From Escherichia coli (GTDB taxonomy: Bacteria > Pseudomonadota > Gammaproteobacteria > Enterobacterales > Enterobacteriaceae), in the NCBI RefSeq assembly GCF_003018115.1, contig NZ_CP027457.1: a stretch of 64,000 nucleotides of DNA; one strand, written 5' to 3'. The notes beneath the pieces were generated by a model. The model was not told the origin of the DNA. It made no database searches and saw nothing but the letters and a program-made list of their open reading frames with translations. The translations under genes were made by a program, and so were the position numbers. Shown in pieces: positions 1-9,069 of the stretch (position 1 is its first letter; each line of letters starts with the position of its first letter).

Positions 1-597
1 TTCGGCGCTTAACCACTGACCCACTGCTTGCGCGAAATCGGTGACGTGCAGGAAAGAGAGCTGTGTATCTGGCGCACCAAGTCGTGGCAGCAGGCCGCGC
101 AGCATCCAGTCAAACAGCGGTTTTAACTCTTTATCGCCGGGGCCATACACGGCTGTCGGGCGAAAAACGCCCAGCGTAATTTTGTCAGCCATTGCAGTCA
201 GCCGTTGTTCGGCGACGTATTTGGAATTTGCGTACCAGGAGAGTTCGGGATGGCGCGCCGCCAGCGAAGAGATAAACAGAAAACGTTGGCAAAAACCGCT
301 CTCTTTTGCCGCCTGCATCAGGCGCAGACTGCCGTCAACGTTACAGCGGGTGAAAATCTCTTCTTTGTGCCCGCGCACTTGTCCGGCGCAATGAACCACC
401 GCGCTGGCTCCGGCAACCAGTTCGCTAAGCGAATGTGTATCTTCCAGCGAACCGCGCACCCAGGTGAGATTATCATTGACGTGAGCGCGGGCAGTACGCG
501 TCAATGCGCGAACGTGAAAGCCGCGGGCGAGCAGGTTATTGATAATATATTTACCGATAAACCCGGTAGCGCCCGTCACCGCGACAGTTTGATTCAT
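1..597 (-). CDS. NAD(P)-dependent epimerase/dehydratase (extended SDR family), N-terminal ~199 codons only; gene runs off the window start
   Basis: Minus-strand frame is open from 597 down to base 1. The start ATG (complement of 595-597) overlaps the stop of the upstream ligase gene (ATGA). N-terminus MNQTVAVTGATGFIGKYI is a Rossmann GxxGxxG motif and a YANSK (YxxxK) motif follows. Not in the supplied ORF track because it is truncated. Confidence 0.6.
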   Translation of the reverse strand, partial: MNQTVAVTGATGFIGKYIINNLLARGFHVRALTRTARAHVNDNLTWVRGSLEDTHSLSELVAGASAVVHCAGQVRGHKEEIFTRCNVDGSLRLMQAAKESGFCQRFLFISSLAARHPELSWYANSKYVAEQRLTAMADKITLGVFRPTAVYGPGDKELKPLFDWMLRGLLPRLGAPDTQLSFLHVTDFAQAVGQWLSAE

Positions 598-2327
598 GCC
601 AGGGATTCCTGCACATGAAGGCTTGCAGCATAAGCCTTCTGATAACGTTTTTTCGCTTCCGCACGGGCAGGCTTGCCGGAGGACGTTCGGGGAATGCTGT
701 GGGGCGGCAACAGATCGATAGCCGCGGTCACGCCAAATTCGCTTTGGATCCGTGCTGCCAGCGCGTGGATAAGCTGCCCGCGACGTTCTTCATCGCTGAT
801 CCGACACTGGATCTGCAAAATGATTTTTTCCTGGGCGGTAACAAAAGCAATCGCATCGCCAGAATGAATTTCCGGTTCCTGTTCCGCTATATATTCAATA
901 TCCTGCGGCCAGATATTACGGCCACGAATAATAATCAGATCTTTAATGCGTCCGGTGACATACAGATAACCGTCCAGCAGATAACCGAGGTCGCCAGTGT
1001 CTAACCAGCCCGTCGCGGCAATCTCGTCTTGCGAAGCCTGGTCGCCAAAGTAACCGCTCATCAGACTGGGACCGGAGATGCAAATATGGCCTACCACACG
1101 TTCCGCGACCGGCATACCTGCTTCATTGCGGATTTCAATACCATGTTCCGGCAACGCTTTGCCGCAGTTGACGAAAGTCGATACGGCGCGTGTCTCTGCA
1201 CCCGGCGCGACGGCTTTACCCTGATATTCGAGGATGTCGCGATCCACTTCGTTAACCACAACCCCGGAGGCTTCATCAGAGAAGCTGACAGCCAGCGCAT
1301 TTTCTGCCAGTCCGTAGCACGGCATGAAAGTTTTATTGTCAAAGTTAACCTGACGGAAACATTCAGCGAATTGATGGAGTTGTTCTGCGGAGATGGGTTC
1401 TGCACCAATACCAGCGACGCGCCAGCAGGAAAGATCCAGTTCAGCGAGATCTTTTTCATTCACGCGGCGCTGGCACAATTCATAGCCAAACGGCGGCGCA
1501 ACGGAAACGGTGCCGCGATTTTTACTGATCAATTTAAGCCATTGCAGAGGACGCATGGCAAAATCCTGAGTGCGCAAATAATCTACTGAAAGTTGCGTGG
1601 CGACGGGGGTCAGGAGAAAGCCGACCAGTCCCATATCATGGTAGAAAGGCAGCCAGGAGACGCAGCGGTCGCCAGGGCGTAATTTAATGCCATCGTGGCT
1701 TATGGCGCGTAGATTAGCCATCACTTCGCGGTGAGTGATAATGACGCCACGGGGAAAACGGGTGCTGCCGGAGGTGTACTGGAGGTAGGCGATATCGTTC
1801 GGAACTGGACGCTGGAGCGCAACATCGGCTTCCGGTAATGCCTTAAACCAGGCGTGGCTTAAAACATGTAATTCGGGGTTGTTGTTATGCGTCGCGGCAT
1901 TGACCAGCGGTAACCACTCATCACCAGTGATAATGGCTGCGGGCTGGCAACTTGCCAGTAAACCCTGCAGTTTGGCGCTCCAGGAATCCCGCTGACCGAC
2001 GCCCATTGGAATCGCCAATGGTACGGCAACTAATCCAGCATACTGACAGGCAAAAAATGCCTCGACAAACCCGCTACTGGTTTCGGCAATCAGCGCCACG
2101 CGATCGCCTTTTTTCAGGTTTAGCGATAACAACCGCTTCGCACCAGCTTCGGCACGCGCTTTTAACGTCTGATATTCCAGTTGATCTTCAAGTTGGCAAC
2201 GTCTGTCATAAAAATTCATTCCAGCGCTACTCAGAGCGGCGTAGTCCAAAGCATCAACCAGCGTTGGAAAATCGGCATAGCGCATAGGTAGGGAATGCGT
2301 AAAGATTTTATTAGACATATACACCAC
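594..2327 (-). CDS. AMP-dependent synthetase/ligase (acyl-CoA synthetase or fatty-acyl-AMP ligase-like), 577 aa
   Basis: ORF track 594..2327. Contains the adenylate-forming motif YTSGSTRFPRGV and general ANL-superfamily architecture. Its stop overlaps the start of the downstream SDR gene. Confidence 0.8.
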   Translation of the reverse strand: MVYMSNKIFTHSLPMRYADFPTLVDALDYAALSSAGMNFYDRRCQLEDQLEYQTLKARAEAGAKRLLSLNLKKGDRVALIAETSSGFVEAFFACQYAGLVAVPLAIPMGVGQRDSWSAKLQGLLASCQPAAIITGDEWLPLVNAATHNNNPELHVLSHAWFKALPEADVALQRPVPNDIAYLQYTSGSTRFPRGVIITHREVMANLRAISHDGIKLRPGDRCVSWLPFYHDMGLVGFLLTPVATQLSVDYLRTQDFAMRPLQWLKLISKNRGTVSVAPPFGYELCQRRVNEKDLAELDLSCWRVAGIGAEPISAEQLHQFAECFRQVNFDNKTFMPCYGLAENALAVSFSDEASGVVVNEVDRDILEYQGKAVAPGAETRAVSTFVNCGKALPEHGIEIRNEAGMPVAERVVGHICISGPSLMSGYFGDQASQDEIAATGWLDTGDLGYLLDGYLYVTGRIKDLIIIRGRNIWPQDIEYIAEQEPEIHSGDAIAFVTAQEKIILQIQCRISDEERRGQLIHALAARIQSEFGVTAAIDLLPPHSIPRTSSGKPARAEAKKRYQKAYAASLHVQESLA

Positions 2328-2689
2328 GAAAAAATTGGATATCCAAAATAAAATGACAATAATGCGGTGGATTATATAGGCATAAAAGATAAATGAGATA
2401 GTATTTTCATCAGTGTGAAAATGAACATTGATTTAAATAATGAGTTTAAGTTTTTTTGTTTTTATTGTGAATGATATTTAATTTATGAATATATTAAGAA
2501 GAAGCCTTGTCCGGTCGCCTTAAATCGACAAAAGGCATTGTGGCGCTTCTGTGTAGTCGCTGACCTTATCGTAATCATTAATAAATACTATTTATTCGTC
2601 GTTTGTATTCATTGGGTTGATTATTAAGGTGCCGTTCGTTGCTGTTGCAACCTGTTTGTCACCGTTAATTATTTGTTACCCACAGAACT

Positions 2690-3832
2690 ATGGAATGCGA
2701 TCTGCTGATGATTAAAATTGAAAAAGTAATAAATAAAAACGACTTAAAGGCATTTATCGCTTTTCCGTCATCACTTTATCCCGACGATCCAAACTGGATA
2801 CCCCCTTTATTCATTGAACGCAACGAGCATTTGTCTGCGAAAAATCCGGGGACGGACCATATCATCTGGCAGGCGTGGGTGGCAAAAAAAGCGGGGCAGA
2901 TAGTTGGGCGTATTACCGCGCAAATAGATACCTTGCACCGCGAGCGTTACGGCAAAGATACCGGTCATTTCGGCATGATTGACGCCATTGATGATCCGCA
3001 GGTTTTTGCCGCGTTGTTTGGCGCAGCGGAAGCGTGGTTGAAGTCCCAAGGTGCAAGTAAGATCAGCGGTCCTTTCAGCCTGAATATCAATCAGGAAAGC
3101 GGATTACTGATTGAAGGTTTTGACACACCACCCTGTGCGATGATGCCACACGGCAAACCGTGGTATGCCGCGCATATTGAACAACTGGGTTATCACAAAG
3201 GCATTGATTTACTGGCGTGGTGGATGCAGCGAACCGATCTCACTTTCTCTCCGGCGCTAAAAAAACTGATGGATCAGGTGCGCAAAAAGGTGACCATTCG
3301 CTGCATCAATCGCCAGCGGTTTGCCGAAGAGATGCAGATCCTGCGTGAGATTTTCAACTCTGGCTGGCAACACAACTGGGGATTTGTGCCGTTTACCGAA
3401 CATGAATTCGCGACCATGGGCGATCAACTTAAATATCTGGTGCCGGACGATATGATCTACATCGCTGAGATTGATTCTGCACCCTGCGCGTTTATTGTCG
3501 GCTTGCCGAACATCAACGAGGCGATTGCCGATCTGAACGGATCGCTCTTTCCCTTCGGCTGGGCAAAATTGCTGTGGCGTTTGAAAGTCAGCGGTGTGCG
3601 AACTGCGCGAGTACCGCTGATGGGCGTGCGCGACGAGTATCAGTTCAGCCGCATCGGCCCGGTGATTGCGCTGTTATTGATTGAAGCCTTACGCGATCCG
3701 TTTGCCCGCCGGAAGATCGATGCGCTGGAGATGTCATGGATCCTCGAAACCAATACAGGCATGAATAACATGCTGGAACGCATTGGGGCGGAGCCGTACA
3801 AGCGTTACCGATTGTATGAAAAGCAGATTTAA
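2690..3832 (+). CDS. yghO: YghO-like protein, about 375-380 aa; function uncharacterised, possibly acyltransferase-like
   Basis: ORF track 2690..3832. Position immediately beside glcC matches the yghO locus. Start is ambiguous (ATG 2690 or in-frame ATG 2708) and neither has a strong Shine-Dalgarno. Confidence 0.65.
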   Translation: MECDLLMIKIEKVINKNDLKAFIAFPSSLYPDDPNWIPPLFIERNEHLSAKNPGTDHIIWQAWVAKKAGQIVGRITAQIDTLHRERYGKDTGHFGMIDAIDDPQVFAALFGAAEAWLKSQGASKISGPFSLNINQESGLLIEGFDTPPCAMMPHGKPWYAAHIEQLGYHKGIDLLAWWMQRTDLTFSPALKKLMDQVRKKVTIRCINRQRFAEEMQILREIFNSGWQHNWGFVPFTEHEFATMGDQLKYLVPDDMIYIAEIDSAPCAFIVGLPNINEAIADLNGSLFPFGWAKLLWRLKVSGVRTARVPLMGVRDEYQFSRIGPVIALLLIEALRDPFARRKIDALEMSWILETNTGMNNMLERIGAEPYKRYRLYEKQI

Positions 3833-3838
3833 TACCAG

Positions 3839-4603
3839 CTAACTCAGGTTCATCTCCAGCGGCACCGCCGAGCGAATCAAATGGTGGCCTTCCAGCTCGA
3901 TATCGTGGAGATTCTTTTTCACGGTCCGCACATGATCGCGTGCTGCGCGCTGGGCGACGTGCGGCAGCCGCTGCAACACCGCGTTGTAGATCCGCGCATG
4001 CTGGCGATCGATCTGCTTTTTTTGCTGTGGTCGATGGTAGAGATTATTTACGCTGGCAAACACTGAATTAAACATCAGGTCGGTCAATGATTGCAGCGTA
4101 AACACCAGCACCTGATTGTGAGAAGCCTGACAAATGGCGAGATGGAAAGCGTGATCCAACTGCGCATGTTCGATCAGCGAAATCTCTTTGTTGTTCTCAC
4201 TGGCGGCGAGCATTTTTTCATAACAGCGGGTTATCACAACAAAATCAGCCTGCGTTCCCAGCGTTGCCGCCAGCCTTGCCGATTCGCCCTCCAGCAATGC
4301 GCGAACGTCGAGCAGATCGTACAGCGTTCGCGGCTGCGTGCTGAACAGATGAATTAGCGGGCTGGTGTCCTGCACCCGATTAAGCCGTGCGACACGAGAA
4401 TCGCGACCCTGCGCCGTTTCAATAATCCCGCGCCCGCGCAGCACGGTCAGCCCTTCACGCAGTGCGGAGCGTGAGAAGCCGAGCTTTTCACACAGTCGAC
4501 GTTCCGAGGGAAGCGGCTGACCGACCTTCAGTACGCCGTCGATAATTAACCGTTCGATACTCTCTGCAACCACTTCGCAAATAGGGCGACGTTCATCTTT
4601 CAT
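3839..4603 (-). CDS. glcC: GlcC, GntR/FadR-family transcriptional activator of the glycolate operon (254 aa)
   Basis: ORF track 3839..4663 trimmed to the internal Met (MKDERRPICEVVAESIERL) at complement 4601-4603. N-terminal winged-helix and FadR-type C-terminal domain. Divergent from glcD. Confidence 0.9.
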   Translation of the reverse strand: MKDERRPICEVVAESIERLIIDGVLKVGQPLPSERRLCEKLGFSRSALREGLTVLRGRGIIETAQGRDSRVARLNRVQDTSPLIHLFSTQPRTLYDLLDVRALLEGESARLAATLGTQADFVVITRCYEKMLAASENNKEISLIEHAQLDHAFHLAICQASHNQVLVFTLQSLTDLMFNSVFASVNNLYHRPQQKKQIDRQHARIYNAVLQRLPHVAQRAARDHVRTVKKNLHDIELEGHHLIRSAVPLEMNLS

Positions 4604-4853
4604 TCCCGGACCTCGTGCACAGGTAGGACCAATTTTTCTGTACTTAACTCGCAAAACACGCACATCACGTAAGTGATTATGTTACATCAATTTAACATTG
4701 AGTTAACCAAGGCAAGGTCACAGAGCTGGAAAAAAAATGGTCTGACCGGTAGCTAAAGAGATAGACGAAAACGAAAAGCCCGCTTAATAACTGTTCACAG
4801 AAGCAGCGCGCAAAAATCAGCTGCCACACAACACAACTAAGCGAAGCCTACTC

Positions 4854-6353
4854 ATGAGCATCTTGTACGAAGAGCGTCTTGATGGCGCTTTACCCGATGT
4901 CGACCGCACATCGGTACTGATGGCACTGCGTGAGCATGTCCCTGGACTGGAGATCCTGCATACCGATGAGGAGATCATTCCTTACGAGTGTGACGGGTTG
5001 AGCGCGTATCGCACGCGTCCATTACTGGTTGTTCTGCCTAAGCAAATGGAACAGGTGACAGCGATTCTGGCTGTCTGCCATCGCCTGCGTGTACCGGTGG
5101 TGACCCGTGGTGCAGGCACCGGGCTTTCTGGTGGCGCGCTGCCGCTGGAAAAAGGTGTGTTGTTGGTGATGGCGCGCTTTAAAGAGATCCTCGACATTAA
5201 CCCCGTTGGTCGCCGCGCGCGCGTGCAGCCGGGCGTGCGTAACTTGGCGATCTCCCAGGCCGTTGCACCGCATAATCTCTACTACGCACCGGACCCTTCC
5301 TCACAAATCGCCTGTTCCATTGGCGGCAACGTGGCAGAAAATGCCGGCGGCGTCCACTGCCTGAAATATGGTCTGACCGTACATAACCTGCTGAAAATTG
5401 AAGTGCAAACGCTGGACGGCGAGGCACTGACGCTGGGATCGGATGCGCTGGATTCGCCTGGTTTTGACCTGCTGGCGTTGTTCACCGGATCGGAAGGTAT
5501 GCTCGGCGTGACCACCGAAGTGACGGTAAAACTGCTGCCGAAGCCGCCCGTGGCGCGGGTTCTGTTAGCAAGCTTTGACTCGGTAGAAAAAGCCGGACTT
5601 GCGGTTGGTGACATCATCGCCAATGGCATTATCCCCGGCGGGCTGGAGATGATGGATAACCTGTCGATCCGCGCGGCGGAAGATTTTATTCATGCCGGTT
5701 ATCCCGTCGACGCCAAAGCGATTTTGTTATGCGAGCTGGACGGCGTGGAGTCTGACGTACAGGAAGACTGCGAGCGGGTTAACGACATCTTGTTGAAAGC
5801 GGGCGCGACTGACGTCCGTCTGGCACAGGACGAAGCAGAGCGCGTACGTTTCTGGGCCGGTCGCAAAAATGCGTTCCCGGCGGTAGGACGTATCTCCCCG
5901 GATTACTACTGCATGGATGGCACCATCCCGCGTCGCGCCCTGCCTGGCGTACTGGAAGGCATTGCCCGTTTATCGCAGCAATATGATTTACGTGTTGCCA
6001 ACGTCTTTCATGCCGGAGATGGCAACATGCACCCGTTAATCCTTTTCGATGCCAACGAACCCGGTGAATTTGCCCGCGCGGAAGAGTTGGGCGGGAAGAT
6101 TCTCGAACTCTGCGTTGAAGTTGGCGGCAGCATCAGTGGGGAACATGGCATCGGGCGAGAAAAAATCAATCAAATGTGCGCCCAGTTCAATAGCGATGAA
6201 ATCACGACCTTCCATGCGGTCAAGGCGGCGTTTGACCCCGATGGTTTGCTGAACCCTGGGAAAAACATTCCCACGCTACACCGCTGTGCTGAATTTGGTG
6301 CCATGCATGTGCATCACGGTCATTTACCTTTTCCTGAACTGGAGCGCTTCTGA
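4854..6353 (+). CDS. glcD: Glycolate oxidase FAD-binding subunit GlcD (499 aa)
   Basis: ORF track; FAD-binding PCMH-type oxidase sequence; first gene of the glcDEFGB order. Confidence 0.95.
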   Translation: MSILYEERLDGALPDVDRTSVLMALREHVPGLEILHTDEEIIPYECDGLSAYRTRPLLVVLPKQMEQVTAILAVCHRLRVPVVTRGAGTGLSGGALPLEKGVLLVMARFKEILDINPVGRRARVQPGVRNLAISQAVAPHNLYYAPDPSSQIACSIGGNVAENAGGVHCLKYGLTVHNLLKIEVQTLDGEALTLGSDALDSPGFDLLALFTGSEGMLGVTTEVTVKLLPKPPVARVLLASFDSVEKAGLAVGDIIANGIIPGGLEMMDNLSIRAAEDFIHAGYPVDAKAILLCELDGVESDVQEDCERVNDILLKAGATDVRLAQDEAERVRFWAGRKNAFPAVGRISPDYYCMDGTIPRRALPGVLEGIARLSQQYDLRVANVFHAGDGNMHPLILFDANEPGEFARAEELGGKILELCVEVGGSISGEHGIGREKINQMCAQFNSDEITTFHAVKAAFDPDGLLNPGKNIPTLHRCAEFGAMHVHHGHLPFPELERF

Positions 6354-7405
6354 TGCTACGCGAGTGTGATTACAGTCAGGCGCTGCTGGAGCAGGTGAAT
6401 CAGGCAATTAGCGATAAAACGCCGCTGGTGATTCAGGGCAGCAATAGCAAAGCCTTTTTAGGTCGCCCAGTCACCGGGCAAACGCTGGATGTGCGTTGTC
6501 ATCGCGGCATTGTTAATTACGACCCGACCGAGCTGGTGATAACCGCTCGTGCCGGAACGCCGCTGGTGGCGATTGAAGCGGCGCTGGAGAGCGCAGGGCA
6601 AATGCTTCCCTGCGAGCCGCCGCATTATGGTGAAGAAGCCACCTGGGGCGGGATGGTCGCCTGCGGGCTGGCGGGGCCGCGTCGCCCGTGGAGCGGTTCG
6701 GTCCGCGATTTTGTCCTCGGCACGCGCATCATTACCGGCACTGGAAAACATCTGCGTTTTGGTGGCGAAGTGATGAAAAACGTTGCCGGATACGATCTCT
6801 CACGGTTAATGGCCGGAAGCTACGGTTGTCTTGGCGTGCTCACTGAAATCTCAATGAAAGTGTTACCGCGACCGCGCGCCTCCCTGAGCCTGCGTCGGGA
6901 AATCAGCCTGCAAGAAGCCATGAGTGAAATCGCCGAGTGGCAACTCCAGCCATTACCCATTAGTGGCTTATGTTACTTCGACAATGCGTTGTGGATCCGC
7001 CTTGAGGGCGGCGAAGGATCGGTAAAAGCAGCGCGTGAACTGCTGGGTGGCGAAGAGGTGGCGGGTCAGTTCTGGCAGCAATTGCGTGAACAACAACTGC
7101 CGTTCTTCTCGTTACCAGGTACCTTATGGCGCATTTCATTACCCAGCGATGCGCCGATGATGGATTTACCCGGCGAGCAACTGATCGACTGGGGCGGGGC
7201 GTTACGCTGGCTGAAATCGACAGCCGAGGACAATCAAATCCATCGCATCGCCCGCAACGCTGGCGGTCATGCGACCCGCTTTAGTGCCGGAGATGGTGGC
7301 TTTGCCCCGCTATCGGCTCCTTTATTCCGCTATCACCAGCAGCTTAAACAGCAGCTCGACCCTTGCGGCGTGTTTAACCCCGGTCGCATGTACGCGGAAC
7401 TTTGA
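6353..7405 (+). CDS. glcE: Glycolate oxidase FAD-binding subunit GlcE (350 aa)
   Basis: ORF track; start overlaps the glcD stop (TGATG); FAD-linked oxidase fold. Confidence 0.95.
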   Translation: MLRECDYSQALLEQVNQAISDKTPLVIQGSNSKAFLGRPVTGQTLDVRCHRGIVNYDPTELVITARAGTPLVAIEAALESAGQMLPCEPPHYGEEATWGGMVACGLAGPRRPWSGSVRDFVLGTRIITGTGKHLRFGGEVMKNVAGYDLSRLMAGSYGCLGVLTEISMKVLPRPRASLSLRREISLQEAMSEIAEWQLQPLPISGLCYFDNALWIRLEGGEGSVKAARELLGGEEVAGQFWQQLREQQLPFFSLPGTLWRISLPSDAPMMDLPGEQLIDWGGALRWLKSTAEDNQIHRIARNAGGHATRFSAGDGGFAPLSAPLFRYHQQLKQQLDPCGVFNPGRMYAEL

Positions 7406-7415
7406 GGAGCAGGCT

Positions 7416-8639
7416 ATGCAAACCCAATTAACTGAAGAGATGCGGCAGAACGCGCGCGCGCTGGAAGCCGACAGCATCCTGCGCGCCTGTGTTCACTGCG
7501 GATTTTGTACCGCAACCTGCCCAACCTATCAGCTTCTGGGCGATGAACTGGACGGGCCGCGCGGGCGCATCTATCTGATTAAACAGGTGCTGGAAGGCAA
7601 CGAAGTCACGCTTAAAACACAGGAGCATCTCGATCGCTGCCTCACTTGCCGCAATTGTGAAACCACCTGTCCTTCTGGTGTGCGCTATCACAATTTGCTG
7701 GATATCGGGCGTGATATTGTCGAGCAGAAAGTGAAACGCCCACTGCCGGAGCGAATACTGCGCGAAGGATTGCGCCAGGTAGTGCCGCGTCCGGCGGTCT
7801 TCCGTGCGCTGACGCAGGTAGGGCTGGTGCTGCGACCGTTTTTACCGGAACAGGTCAGAGCAAAACTGCCTGCTGAAACGGTGAAAGCTAAACCGCGTCC
7901 GCCGCTGCGCCATAAGCGTCGGGTTTTAATGCTGGAAGGCTGCGCCCAGCCTACGCTTTCGCCCAACACCAACGCGGCAACTGCGCGAGTGCTGGATCGT
8001 CTGGGGATCAGCGTCATGCCAGCTAACGAAGCAGGCTGTTGTGGCGCGGTGGACTATCATCTTAATGCGCAGGAGAAAGGGCTGGCACGGGCGCGCAATA
8101 ATATTGATGCCTGGTGGCCCGCGATTGAAGCAGGTGCCGAGGCAATTTTGCAAACCGCCAGCGGTTGTGGCGCGTTCGTCAAAGAGTATGGGCAGATGCT
8201 GAAAAACGATGCGTTGTATGCCGATAAAGCGCGTCAGGTCAGTGAGCTGGCGGTCGATTTAGTCGAACTTCTGCGCGAGGAACCGCTGGAAAAACTGGCA
8301 ATTCGCGGCGATAAAAAACTGGCCTTCCACTGCCCGTGTACCCTACAACATGCGCAAAAGCTGAACGGCGAAGTGGAAAAAGTGTTGCTTCGTCTTGGAT
8401 TTACCTTAACGGACGTTCCCGACAGCCATCTGTGCTGCGGTTCAGCGGGAACATATGCGTTAACGCATCCCGATCTGGCACGCCAGCTGCGGGATAACAA
8501 AATGAATGCGCTGGAAAGCGGCAAACCGGAAATGATCGTCACCGCCAACATTGGTTGCCAGACGCATCTGGCGAGCGCCGGTCGTACCTCTGTGCGCCAC
8601 TGGATTGAAATTGTAGAACAAGCCCTTGAAAAGGAATAA
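7416..8639 (+). CDS. glcF: Glycolate oxidase iron-sulfur subunit GlcF (407 aa)
   Basis: ORF track 7269..8639 trimmed to ATG 7416, which has a GAGGAG Shine-Dalgarno 6-12 nt upstream. Two CxxCxxCxxxCP ferredoxin motifs (CVHCGFCTATCP, CLTCRNCETTCP). Confidence 0.9.
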   Translation: MQTQLTEEMRQNARALEADSILRACVHCGFCTATCPTYQLLGDELDGPRGRIYLIKQVLEGNEVTLKTQEHLDRCLTCRNCETTCPSGVRYHNLLDIGRDIVEQKVKRPLPERILREGLRQVVPRPAVFRALTQVGLVLRPFLPEQVRAKLPAETVKAKPRPPLRHKRRVLMLEGCAQPTLSPNTNAATARVLDRLGISVMPANEAGCCGAVDYHLNAQEKGLARARNNIDAWWPAIEAGAEAILQTASGCGAFVKEYGQMLKNDALYADKARQVSELAVDLVELLREEPLEKLAIRGDKKLAFHCPCTLQHAQKLNGEVEKVLLRLGFTLTDVPDSHLCCGSAGTYALTHPDLARQLRDNKMNALESGKPEMIVTANIGCQTHLASAGRTSVRHWIEIVEQALEKE

Positions 8640-8643
8640 CAAA

Positions 8644-9048
8644 ATGAAAACTAAAGTCATTCTTAGCCAGCAAATGGCGAGTGCAATTATTGCCGCAGGT
8701 CAGGAAGAGGCGCAGAAAAATAACTGGTCTGTTTCCATTGCTGTTGCCGATGACGGCGGTCATCTGCTGGCGTTAAGTCGCATGGACGATTGCGCGCCGA
8801 TTGCGGCTTACATCTCCCAGGAGAAAGCGCGTACCGCCGCGCTGGGGCGTCGTGAAACTAAGGGCTATGAAGAGATGGTGAACAACGGACGTACCGCGTT
8901 CGTGACTGCGCCGTTATTAACGTCGCTGGAAGGCGGCGTACCGGTTGTTGTTGATGGGCAAATTATTGGTGCCGTGGGCGTTTCTGGTTTAACCGGAGCA
9001 CAGGATGCGCAGGTCGCGAAAGCGGCAGCAGCGGTGTTGGCGAAATAA
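8644..9048 (+). CDS. glcG: GlcG, small heme-binding-type protein of the glc operon (134 aa)
   Basis: ORF track 8626..9048 trimmed to ATG 8644 (AAGGA Shine-Dalgarno upstream); sits between glcF and glcB. Confidence 0.85.
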   Translation: MKTKVILSQQMASAIIAAGQEEAQKNNWSVSIAVADDGGHLLALSRMDDCAPIAAYISQEKARTAALGRRETKGYEEMVNNGRTAFVTAPLLTSLEGGVPVVVDGQIIGAVGVSGLTGAQDAQVAKAAAAVLAK

Positions 9049-9069
9049 GCGAAAACGAGGAGATAAACA

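Noticed and set aside
1029..1589. 186-aa plus-strand ORF inside the ligase gene
   Set aside because: Antisense to a gene with a clear adenylation motif; no supporting signals.
7269..7415. Upstream extensions of track ORFs (glcF here; similar for glcC, glcG, speC, nupG, mutY, galP, metK, ruvX, yqgE, rsmE, loiP)
   Set aside because: Each extension overlaps the preceding gene or lacks a Shine-Dalgarno; the internal Met gives the expected protein length and a proper ribosome-binding site.
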